From: Gnetum montanum
Taxonomy: Eukaryota > Plantae > Gnetophyta
Assembly: GCA_015680685.1 (NCBI GenBank)
Contig: MNCI01000774.1
Span: 409,528-473,527, forward strand
DNA: 64,000 bases
Direction: 5' to 3'
Under the pieces are notes generated by a model. That model worked only from the letters and a program-made list of their open reading frames with translations. It had not been told where the DNA came from and made no database searches. Below are positions 14,065 through 25,295 of this stretch, piece by piece. Both the position numbers and the translations under genes were made by a program. Positions within the stretch are counted from its first letter, which is position 1. Each line of letters begins with the position of its first letter.

Positions 14065-17000
14065 ATGGGCAAGGGCAAGGAGGTGGAAAGGCAGGGGAGG
14101 AAGAGTCCTGACTTGACCTTCGCGGAGGAGAGCGAAGCCATGCTACAGTGCCTGCCCTGGCCAAGGATTCCATCATGGCCTGGAACATCACACAGGTAAG
14201 CTCTGATCCTGTCTCTATTAGTTATTTTTGCTTGTGCGTGCTTTGTAGCGTAAGTAGTTTCGTATAGGGTCTCGGCGTATACGCCGAGTGTAAAGTTCAA
14301 TGTACAAACGTCGGCGTATACGCCGAGCGTAAAGTTCAGCGTACAAACGTCGGCGTATACGCCGAGCGTAAACTCGCAGTGTAAGGTCGGGTTAGCGTAG
14401 ACTGTCATAGCATAATCTGTTTTCAGCGCACAGCGTAATCGTTTTTTCCTTACATGACGCACAGACGGTTGTATCAGCGTATACGCTGAAGGCTATAGGG
14501 CGTAACCAATTTTCTATGCACGAAGTTATATTTTGTCAGCATAAGCGTTCTGTTTTGTCAGCGTAGACGATCTACGTTGTGACGGCGTATACGCTAGAGA
14601 TTTCTTCAGCGTATACGCTGAGCGTACGCAGTTGTCCTTTTGAGTAGGATGTAGCATAGACTTGTTTTTTCATCTTTCCAGCGTAAACTGTTTATTCAAT
14701 GTCTAGCGTAGACTATTTACGCTGGTCACTTCTGTGGCGTATACGCTGAGGGTTTCTTCGGCGTATACGCATAGCGTAAGTGGTTCGGGCGTCAATGTAA
14801 ACAGTTAGTTGTCAGCGTATACGCTAGGTCAGGCAGCGTATACGCCGGGCGTGAATAGATTTCGACAGCGTCTACGCTAGGTTTAGCAGCGTATATGCTA
14901 GGCATAAACAGATTTTGGCAGCATCTACACTAGGTTTAGCAGCGTATACGCCGGGCGTAAACAGATTTTGGCAGTGTCTACGTTGGGTTTAGCAGCGTAT
15001 ACGCTGGGCGTAAACAGTTAGAAAATTTTTCTAAGTGTCAGTCTACGATGTGAACCTTTGTTTCTCGCGTTGTTTTGATGCGCAGCTAATTTTACATTGG
15101 TACTCTGGTTGTTTGCAGGGACACCAAGCCTTTTCTCCTTGTGGTTGAGCTTGTTGGGGTGCTAACATGGTTTGGCCCCATGGAGGTGGATGAGCCTACC
15201 CCAGACCTAACCGTGGACCACAACAGGGTTTGGTTCAGAGAAGGTGCGTTTGAATTCCTGTCCTTCATACTGGACAATTTTGAAGTAGTTATCTGGTCAC
15301 ACTTGAATGAATTGGTGGCGCGGAGCATAGTTGAGGCAATGCTGCTAGGAGCCGCGGAGGGTGTCATCTTCATGGAAGACATCGATGAGGGGCACCTGAC
15401 GAATGAGGACGGTTCTGCCCGCGAGCCTAGGTCCACACGCCCGTTAGCGCGCATGTGGGCCTGATTACCACGAGGGCAGGACTACCTTGAAAACACCTTA
15501 TTCTTGGCCCTGCGCGCGCACACAGTGTACCGAGTGGGCAGGTATGACCGTTCAGGTTTATTGCTTCTTTTCATCATTTGGCATTTGCCTCAGTTTTGAC
15601 ATCTTTTCGTGTGTAGGCCTAAAGTTAATGCAGACGGAATATGTGTCGAGGATGATGGGCTTGCCTTAGCACGTACTGCTCTAGAGGCGTTCATGGCTAG
15701 TCTGACCCTTCGTAAAGCTGTTTTAGGTCTAATGAAGGGGGATATCATCTATTTTCATCAACGATTCTCTAAAGAAATGGCAATGTGCCAAGCTCGTGGA
15801 TGGCTGGATAAAGATTGGTCGGACCGGGGCCAATTTTCCCTCATGACTCTGGGTCAGGCAGCACATCTAAGTCTACTACGGGAGGTAAATGACAATGTCT
15901 TTTGGATGTGCTAATATGTTTTAACTGTCGAGAGTTACATTGATACAACAATCTTACATTGTGTTTGCAGTTAGTGCACCTCCTGGTGAGGATCCTATCA
16001 CAACCGGGCGAACTGAGACAACCCTGTCAATGAAGTTCGGGGAGGTGACTAAGGCCCATAAATGGTTACGCAACCATGCTTTGCCATCTATTGTTCACTG
16101 CTTGGACAATGCCGGCCTTATGGAGCTCTTCATGACCCCAAGTCCTGATGTATCAATAGGGGAAATGATTGGGATCGTGGATTCTTTTAATGAGTCTGTC
16201 TCCTACTATAGCACCCGGATTAAGGGTGTTAAGGTAGTTTTCCATCTGTCGCCAAAATTTTTTTTAAATTTATTTGGGGTACCAGCAGATGGCATAAATG
16301 TAGTTTTAGACAGAGCTCACAAAGAGCTCCATACGGTGCGCAAGTTGGAGGACTGGTTGGGTCTGGCCAAGGCTGCCAAGGGGTTCCCGATGCAGGGGAA
16401 AGCTAAAGTGGAGGAGGTAAATGAACTGTATCCCCTGTTTAGGGCGCGGGTGTTTCCCAAGACCCTTTCTCAGGTGTGGAGCCTTGGGGTTGAGGTTGTG
16501 TGCATTATGCAAACTATTCTGGAGACTGGCATGCGCTATAACTGGGCTGAATTCCTGTTGTCGGGCATGCACAAGGAGATAGTGCGATTGCGCTTGAATG
16601 TCGAGGCGCAATCCCACTTCACCTTTGCGTTCTTCGCTGGTTACCTTCGTCGCTTCGCCAAGTTTTTGGTAGTCCGTGCGGGTAACAAGTTTGTTCTACG
16701 AGATCGGGATCAACTATCCCGCCCGTGGATCAACCACTTGTTCGATACAGCCAAGTCCCAGGATGCGCCTGAAGGCATTGACGAGTCTGTGTCTATCACG
16801 ATCGGGGGATCGTTGGGTACCTCCATTCATACTCGCAATAGTCTGGGGTTAGAGCCAGATGATGTGCCCCTCATTGCAAGGAGAGCTGAGCGGGTTATTA
16901 AAGAAACCGTTGGCTAGGCCAAAACAAAGCTGAAGAGACATGAACACATGGCTGAGGAAGCTTCTAATGTGAGGGAGCCACAAGTAAAGCGCATAAGATT

Positions 17001-18697
17001 TAAGATGCCCAGTATGTAGATTTTGCCAGCTTATTGTTTTATTGTTTTCGTTTTGTTCATAAGTTTTTCTTTTCAATCGCTTACATGTCACTGACGTCTT
17101 TGGCTTGATTTGAGAAGTGAGGAAGCAGGCTCTAGAAACCATTACAAAGGAGGAGGAGAAGAACACGGAGAGGAATAATGAAGAGGAAAATGTGGACAAG
17201 GACCAGGGAGGAGGAACAGAGGAATTAAAGGAGAACACCATGAAAACTGAGCCGTTAGATGACCACGGTGGTGTCAAACAAATGTTCCGTAGCTTTCTTC
17301 AGGGGAATCTGGATTTAGGCGATCCTCTAGAAGGTGACGAGGAGCGTGGTATGTTTTCTTTTTATCTTATTTGAATTTGCCCTGTTAGTGGTCATTTCTA
17401 CAGTATTTTATTTTCATATTTTCATTTTTTCTCAGACAAAGGGAGCGAAACCAGGACGGTGCGCTTAAATGTACCCATGAAGACAGTTCCCCCTGAGAGG
17501 ACCGCTGAGGTTAGTTCCCTCAAATGTGAGCCATTTACTTGGACGGAAATGCCAAGTAAAATGGATTTTGTGGCTGGGATCGTGGAAGAGGTTGTCGGAC
17601 GAATTCAAGAGGTCCACCCTGAAATAGGTATAATGTTTTTCAATGGCCTGTCGTTTTAGAGTGCCACACCCTGTTTCTGTTGTCTTAACATTTGATCTTT
17701 TCATATGCATAGGTGCCAAGTTAAGGTGGGATCCTTCTGAGGTAATCAGCATCGATAGTTTGGCTACACTACCCCCAAAAGTGGAACAGGTACCAAGGCC
17801 GGTTTACAATGAGGTGGCGGAAAGCCTTGTCCATAACGCCAAGTTGGTGTGGACCTGTAGGCAATCCATCAAACAACTATGGTTGCAGATCCAAATAAAG
17901 GAGAAGGAAGTCTCTGAGTTATCAGTCGAACGTGATGACCTCAAAGCTCGTTATGAATTTGCTTCGGCCCGATTAGCAGGTGATAGCTCTTGGCGAACGT
18001 CCAATATTACGTACAATAGATATTGGAACTTGTTAAATCGCCATACATCACTAACTCAGAGGTTCGCGGAACGTAAAGCCCAGATAGATCTATTGAATCT
18101 GAAGTGCCAGGATTGGAAGGCATTTGCCTCCAAGGTGCATAAGTGGGGCCAAGATGAGAAAAATCATAAGCACCACTATAAGAAATCATTAAAAGAAGTT
18201 TCCATAGAGAAATGGCAACTTGAGATGTTCGTAGAGGGTTTGGGCTTACGTTCTGCATTCGATACTTTTGCGGAGAACACCACAGTTGAGATGGAATCTC
18301 CTAAGAGGGTTATTACCACTGCTTCTGGGGAAGTTACTGTGGGTGAATTTCCTCTGAAGTGTCCAGTCTGGTCGGCTGTTGACAAGGGAAAGGCCTTGGC
18401 AAACGTCGACCTAGGCCTTGGTGAGACAGATTAGGCTAGTGTTTCGGAGGAGGAAATCCTTCGTCGATTGGAGTTTGGCTTGGGGAGATCTCCTATGGTA
18501 AGGATTTTGTAATTGTGAAATTGATTTGCTAAAGAATGTTTGAAATTTTGACACTCTCTTGTTCTCATGTTGGTTGTCTCATTTTGTATTTTCAAGATGA
18601 AGGTGGTGACGATGCTCAAGAGGTTGGTTCCAGTGGAGCAGGGGCCCCTGACATCGGTGGATCAAAAGGGGACGATCCTCCCGTCCCAGATGCTTAG
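14065..18697 (+). pseudogene. Antisense spliced accessory gene inside the Tat element (FCP1/NIF-like pseudophosphatase + PMD-like domain + coiled coil)
   Basis: Exons 14065-14195, 15119-15541, 15617-15884 (or 15852), 15971-17011, 17118-17348, 17436-17627, 17713-18497 and 18597-18697. All introns are GT-AG, and 5 of 7 junctions join the ORF-track frames exactly in phase. Three internal stops (15462 TGA, 16915 TAG, 18432 TAG) are each one C>T change from a sense codon. Confidence 0.75.
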
Positions 18698-19270
18698 TTT
18701 ATTTTTAGTTTTGTCTTTAGTTTTGTCTTTGGAACTATGCTGACTCAAATTGATATAGGAATTGTAAATTGAAAACCTTGAGATGAACGAAAACAATTGA
18801 CACTTACAATTGTACAGCATTGCATGTATAAATATTTTTTGTTGATTTTGGGTTTGATTGCACACACGACATGACAATGTAAAATATTTTGGTTTATTTT
18901 TTCATTTTTTCCTAGTGTAATACGCGGATGTAATCATAAGAGGGAAACAAAGTACAAGTGTATGACCTGGTTTAAGGCCGTTTCGGGCCTCCATGCGTAG
19001 TTTAAGGCCATTTCGGGCCCCATGCGTAGTTTAAGGCCATTTCGGGCCCCATTGCAAACAAGTAACATATCGGATAACGTGGATGGTTTTCTGGATTAAC
19101 CGACCATTGTTGATCATGGCTAGTTTTATGTCATTGCAGACATGATAGTTTAACGTCTTTTCGGACAAGGAGTGTAGTTTAATGTTTTTGGTTTGTTTTC
19201 TGATGTTGTAGTTTAACATCTTTTCGGACGAATTGTAGTTTAACGTCGTTTCGAACTGATTGAGATGGTA

Positions 19271-22200
19271 TTATTTTAGGAATTTTTTGATTTTTTTCTT
19301 TTTAATGTTAGGCGATGTGTCAACGGGTATGATTCTATATTCAGTGTCTCCTTCGCTGATTATGTTAAACGGTAATTCGGCCCAAGGGACGTCTGATGGA
19401 ATGGCTTCTGCATCAATGTTTTTAGATGTTTCGGTATTTGTTATGGGTTCTGTGTTAGTTTCTAATTAAGGAGGTGTATGTACAATGTTAGGTGCAGGCA
19501 TTTCTGTTTTAGGTGGATCTTCTTCCGTGTTGAAAGGATTAGCACTTACCGGTTTTTGTTCTTTTATGTCATTTTGTCCAGGCTCTTCGAGCTTAACTTC
19601 TAAGCCTTGGTCCGTGTCCATGTGTGATGAAATAATGGGAGTAGCAGCCTCCCCATAAATGACGATTTCACCACCTTCATAAGGTAGGTGAATTTCTTGA
19701 TGTATAAGGGAGGAGACCGCTGTTAGTTGGGCCAACCAAGGTCTTCCTAATATTAGGTTGAACCCCGGCATTTCGTCAACCACAACGAAGTCGATGGACG
19801 TGGGAAATTGGTTCCCCGCTATGAAGTCTAAGGTTATTATGCCTTTGACCATCACGCGTGACTCGCTGAATGATTTTAAACATGTAGTTGCAGTCGGCTT
19901 GATTGACTCCGTTAGCCCTAGTTGTTCAACGATGGGGTATGGTACCACGTTTGTAGCAGCTCCATCATCTACGTGGACCCTATGTATCTTGAACTAGTTT
20001 ATGTGTATCGTTATGAACATGGGGGCTATTGTCACCTCCCCTGTTTTCTTATCCCTTTTAATGTTATCGTTGTGGAAGCTTAGTGGTTTGGACGTTGATC
20101 CTTGGGGCGAGTACATTACCGCATGAATGGATGGTTCGTTTGGGGGCAAGTTCTCGCTTACTGGGATCGATGTTAACATGCGTACCAAAGCTTCACGATG
20201 TGTTTGGGATGTAAGAANNNNNNNNNNNNNNNNNNNNNNNNNNNNNNNNNNNNNNNNNNNNNNNNNNNNNNNNNNNNNNNNNNNNCGCTTGGTTGACTGT
20301 TGGGTTGCGTCATGGGTATGACGTTAAGTGGAGTGGGTTTAGGTGGCCCTACGGCTAACCGTTGATGCTCCTTCTCTAAGCGTTCACGCGTAAGCTTATC
20401 TGTTAAGCGTTCTCGCGTGTGGCGTGGAGGTGGAGCTGGTCTTGAAGCTTCGGGTTGCCCTGGGATTCGCACCACATATGGAGGCGGGCGAGGTTGTGAT
20501 TGGACAGTCAGGTGTGACTGAGTAGAAGGCTGGCCAGGCATCCTAATGACGTAGGGGCTAGGTCTGCCTTGTGTTTGTGAGGTGGAGGTTTGGTAAACAT
20601 TAGGGCTTATGGATGTACTAACAACGTATGGGGTTTGTGTAGGCGGAGGTTGGACCTTTGCTATTGCAACTGCGGGCGGCACTCGGACTACGAAAGGGGC
20701 AGGCTGAGTGGGAGGGTTTGATAGATTCGGGGTAGTGACAGCGGTGGGTATGCGCACTACATATGATTTTTGCGAGGCAGGTGATGGTTGAGAAATGGAT
20801 GTGGATGGAGTGGGATGAACATGCACTACGAACGGTTTGTTAGGTGTCTGTTATTTATACTCAGGGTAGACGATGTTAATGTTGGGTGTCTCGGGTTCAT
20901 CATCAAAGCAGATTGTATTGATAACGTACGACACCTCTTTGGTGTTTAGAGGATCTTTATACACTCCCATAGCCTGGTTCTATGGTTGGACCGGGTTGGC
21001 CTCATCAAAGGTGATTTGGCCTTCGTCGATCATTCGCTGTATGTCCTGTTTCAATGTGAAATAGTAATCGGTGTCGTGCCCGTTGCGTTGATGATAATCG
21101 CAAAAGTGATCCATTCTAAAACCTTTGGGCACTAGAGGCTCATTCGGCGTTGCTAGGCTTGGATTCTGTACGAGTTGACAGAACCGATCATGTCTCTGGA
21201 TGGCCGCGGGGGATAACTGTTTATGTTTCATTAATCCAGCCTTTAGTAGTTGATCAAATAGCTGGGATGGCTTCATAGGCAACGGCGTATATTGAGAAGG
21301 TTCTTTCCTCTCAAATTTCCTTGTGCGGTTTTATGTTGGGCTCTGCGATGATGATGATTTTGGTGTAGTGACGGGAGTAGGTCTAGTATAGTTAGTAGGG
21401 GCTACTGGCGGTTTGTTTGGTTGTTGCATTTCCGTGATTGCTGCTATGGTTGCTTTAGCCTTCTCTTTATCTTTTTTACTATGTCGATTTTTGAAGGCTA
21501 AGTATGCGGGGTCATGGCTATTTTGAGCTGCCTCTTCTATGTTTTTGATTTGTACAAAAGCTTGGTTAAGATTACGCGCATTAAGATAGTACAATTTAGA
21601 TTTGAAGAAGTCATTAACGGCCCCCTTTAGAATCGTGAGCAAATATGTCTGTGAGATTGGCTCGTGTAGCTCATTGAGAGCAGCGCTCCACCTCTAGATA
21701 AATTTTTGCATAGGTTCGAGCGGTGCTTGTTTAACCTGTATGAAGCTATCCAATGTCGCTTCAGGTTTTAAGTTATATTTGAACCTGGTCATGAACTAAT
21801 GTAGCAGATCTTCCAAGGAAAATATGGAATTCCTCGGCAAGGCCCAATACCAATCGAGTGCTCTCCCTGTGAGAGACATAGGGAATACTCGTAGAATGGC
21901 ATGCGGCCACGCCTGGAGCAATGCGCATTCTAACCTAAACGTTATTAAGTGAGCGTTGGGGTCTGTTTCCCCATTATATTTAGTTAGTGTTGGCAACGAT
22001 ATGCCCTTGGGCAAGGTTAGAGGTGAGACGGAAGGGCTTATGGGATCATCGTGGTAGAAGTCCACTACCTTCAGCTCTCCGTCGGCAACCGTCTTGAGGC
22101 GCTTTACCTTGTCAGTTAGTTCTTGCATTAATTTTTTGGCGTCTTCCCAGTCTTGGGCACTAGGTGACATGGAAGCTTGAGGTTGTGGTATATTGTACAG

Positions 22201-23232
22201 GTTAGAGTGTTGGATGGTGGGTTGAAAGGCTGAAAGCTATGCGGTTGGCGATTGTACTTGTGGCACGTTTATAGTGGGTGGCACTAGGGATGACACATTG
22301 GAAACAAGGGGTTGTTGTTGCTGCAGTTGCGGCTGTACTTGGGGAATGTTGGCTGGTGGAATCATATGGGGTGGCACGTGGTGGTGAGAGGGTTGATGTG
22401 ATGGCACACCCATCGCTGCCCATTGTCCAGCTATGTTTTGTGGAGGAACCCCCTGCTGGGTTACAGCGGTGGAAGGGGCCCCGTGCATTTGGATGTGGGG
22501 GATGTAGTGGGTGGACGTGGATGTTGGTATCACATGTGGCATCCCTATCACTTGAGGCGCGAAGGTTGCTCCCACGTTATCGTGCAGGGATGGTGCTTGC
22601 GATGACGGACCGGCTGTTGCGGTGGGGATGATAGCGAGAGGGAGTGTGCTGAATTGCGGGTCAGTTACCAGAGGAACATGGACCAGTGTAGATGTTTCTG
22701 ATGGAGGCGCTTGCGCCTGGGTGAACCTGAGGGGTTGAAGGGGCATGACTTCCCCTGTGCCTGGATGAAACATGGGATTGATATGGGTTTGTGGACTGAG
22801 GGTGTGATAGGAGTCTTCGTGCTCGAATTGGGCAACGAACTCATCCTCCTCTTCTGGTTGGAAATCTACTGCAGGCTGATCCAACGACTGACTCCTTTAT
22901 AAGAGGAGTCGTGTGACGAGCTCTGAGTATTGTTCCGGAATAGGGATTATAACGTACGGGGAAGGGATGAACTTGCGTCCCCCCCTGTAGAAGAGTTCAT
23001 ACTGCCTCTTCACCTCCATTTCGGCTCAATCTACTGCCAGACCAGCTTGTATCTTCACACATATGAAGTTGTACTGGTCCTGGGTTATAATGTTAGGGGT
23101 TGGGTTCCTCCCTTGCAACCCTAGGGACCGACGGGGCCGCGCTGTGGGTTGTGCCGCAGGCTGTTGGACGGCCATGGTGCCCACGACGTCGGTGACTTGA
23201 GCGGTTGCAGCGGTAGTGTTTACGGGGTTCAT
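19271..23232 (-). pseudogene. Tat gag-protease polyprotein (interrupted by stops and an N gap)
   Basis: Gag core KYNGETDPNAHL...VFPMSLTGRALDWY, knuckle FCDYHQRNGHDTDYYFTLK, protease VHVDDGAATNV...FNLILGRPWL. Confidence 0.9.
20218..20285. other. Assembly gap (N run)
   Basis: 68 consecutive N. Confidence 0.99.
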
Positions 23233-23924
23233 GATGACCTGTTGAGGGTATAAGACGGTGTAGAGGTGTGAAATTAGTGTACTTAGTACGGCGTAAACTT
23301 AGGTGGTAACGTGCAGCGTATACGCTTCAACGTCCAGTGTCTGACGGCAGCGTAGACAGCGTATAGGGGTGCAGCGTATACAGCGTCAGTGTGTAGCGTA
23401 AAACAGGATTACAGCGTATAAAGTGCAGTATAAACTGGAAAGCAGCGTAGACAAAGTCTACAGCGTAAGAAGAGTAGCGTATACGCTGAGCAGTGTATAC
23501 AGTGTCAATGTGCAGCGTAAACAAGTTTTACAGTGTACAGTTTGGTGTAAATGAACAGTAGCGTGAACTAGTTTGCAGCGTAAAGAGATTAGCGTAAACA
23601 GAGTTTTTGGAAGTCAGTGTGCAGCGTAGAGAAAACCTACGGTGTAAAAATATGCAGCGTAAACTTTATCAGTTGTGTATGGCGTAAGGAAAAATCTACA
23701 GTGTGAAGCGTGTGGCGTATGTGTGGCAGCGTAGACGCTGGGATTTTTGTCGACAAAGTCCACATAGAGTTGACAGCGTAGACGTTGGAAGACTTGCAGA
23801 GAGTGAGTTTTGAACAGGGCAACGTAAACGCTGATCAGCGTAGACGTTGAATAGTTGACAAATGAGGTTTTAGATTACGTAGCATAAACGCTGGGAAGCT
23901 TGTAGGTGATGTTTTAGGCATCGG

Positions 23925-23941
23925 CCCTCCTTCTAGCGCCA
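23925..23941 (-). promoter_or_regulatory. Primer-binding site complementary to tRNA-Asn(GTT)
   Basis: Minus strand TGGCGCTAGAAGGAGGG, 5 nt inside the 5' LTR. The plus strand ccctccttctagcgcca matches the recalled 3' end of plant cytosolic tRNA-Asn plus CCA. Confidence 0.85.
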
Positions 23942-23946
23942 ATTTC

Positions 23947-25085
23947 TGTACCATCTGAAATCGTCGGTCTCCGGCTAGAAGGAAACAGAGGCCGTGGGAT
24001 CGCAGGACGCACACAGAAGACCCTACCTTCACCTGAGGACGAGCTGGAATGAATGAAGGTAGAGTACCTTGGGTGGTCCGCATGCGGACCAAACAAGGAT
24101 TTCCCCGAACGTACACCGAAGTGCTATATGCTGGGTTATGCGTAAACAGCGTAGCAGGCGTAAACAAAGCGTAAACAGTGTAACCAATGCAAACAGAGCG
24201 TAAACGTAAACAAGCGTAAACAGAATACGTACAACAATTAATGCAAACTGTAAATAATTATGGGAAGAAAATGTAACAATGGCATTACAGAATGAAAGGA
24301 CAATGCACCGGTCAAACACAATTGTGAGTGGAACACAAGGCGGACGAAAGCCTCGGTGGGTGCAGGAATGATTGTGGTTGGTTCACACTATAAGCACAGC
24401 GTAGAGGCTGTATGCTCAGCGTACAGGTTTGTCTAGCGTAAAAGGTTTTGTGCTCTGGTTCTCAGCGTCTCTGTTCTCTGGCGTGCTCTAGGAATTTTCC
24501 AACCGTTCTGGATTTTGTCAAAAATTAGGCTTTTATACAGGGTTTTGACAGCGGACTCGGGTTGGGAGACACATGGCGTGTTGACCGGGTGCAAAAGCGT
24601 AAAATTTACAAGTGTACAATATGTTACATTTGCTGGGCATATACGTTGGGCGTATATGCTGGAGGTGCTGGGTGTATGCGAACTTGGGCGTAGATGTCGT
24701 GGACGCTGGCGTATACGCTGGTGGATGTTGGGCGTATACGCTGGGGCATATACGCTGATGGATGCTAGGCATATACGCTGGGGCATATACGTTGAAGGTT
24801 GCTGCCTTGTGCCAAATCTCGCTCTTTAGTGCTGTTTTCATGCTGTCTTTGGAGGTTTCATGCCGGGCGTATGTATCTGTTGTATCTGCTAGGCATACAT
24901 GTGAGGCGTGTATGCTGGGCGTGTACGCTGGACGTCTACGCTGGAACTGCATACTTAGTGAAAATCAAGCCTCTGATCTTCGAAGTTGCCGTGTTTAACA
25001 CCAAATATAGCTGTGGTCGTATAGGGGTCCTAGGGACCCACTTGGTGTTGGACAAATACTAAGCTCAAAATTTTGTGGTGTTTCA
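23947..25085 (-). repeat. 5' LTR of the Tat element (1139 bp)
   Basis: Direct repeat of 7390-8555, adjacent to the PBS and followed by TSD CTCAC. Confidence 0.95.
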
Positions 25086-25295
25086 CTCACCACTAATTAG
25101 GACCAGATTTATGAAGGGTATCATGTGACTCAACACATGACCAAACCCTATGAACCCACAAAGGAGTAGATGAAAAGAGATGCTACCATGGAGATCAAAC
25201 ATATGCACAGCAAAGGGAAGTAAGCCAACACTTCTATTGTCATAGAAGAACTTGATGTTGATTAATTCATTATAGAAAAACTCCACCAACACTAT

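Larger units (their letters stand above)
7390..25085 (-). mobile_element. Full-length Ty3/gypsy Tat/Ogre-lineage LTR retrotransposon (17.7 kb), now mutated
   Basis: Two TG...CA LTRs, perfect 5-bp TSD CTCAC (7385-7389 and 25086-25090), PBS and PPT. Domain order gag-PR-[insert]-RT-RH-aRH-INT, including the additional archaeal-type RNase H diagnostic of Tat. Confidence 0.95.
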
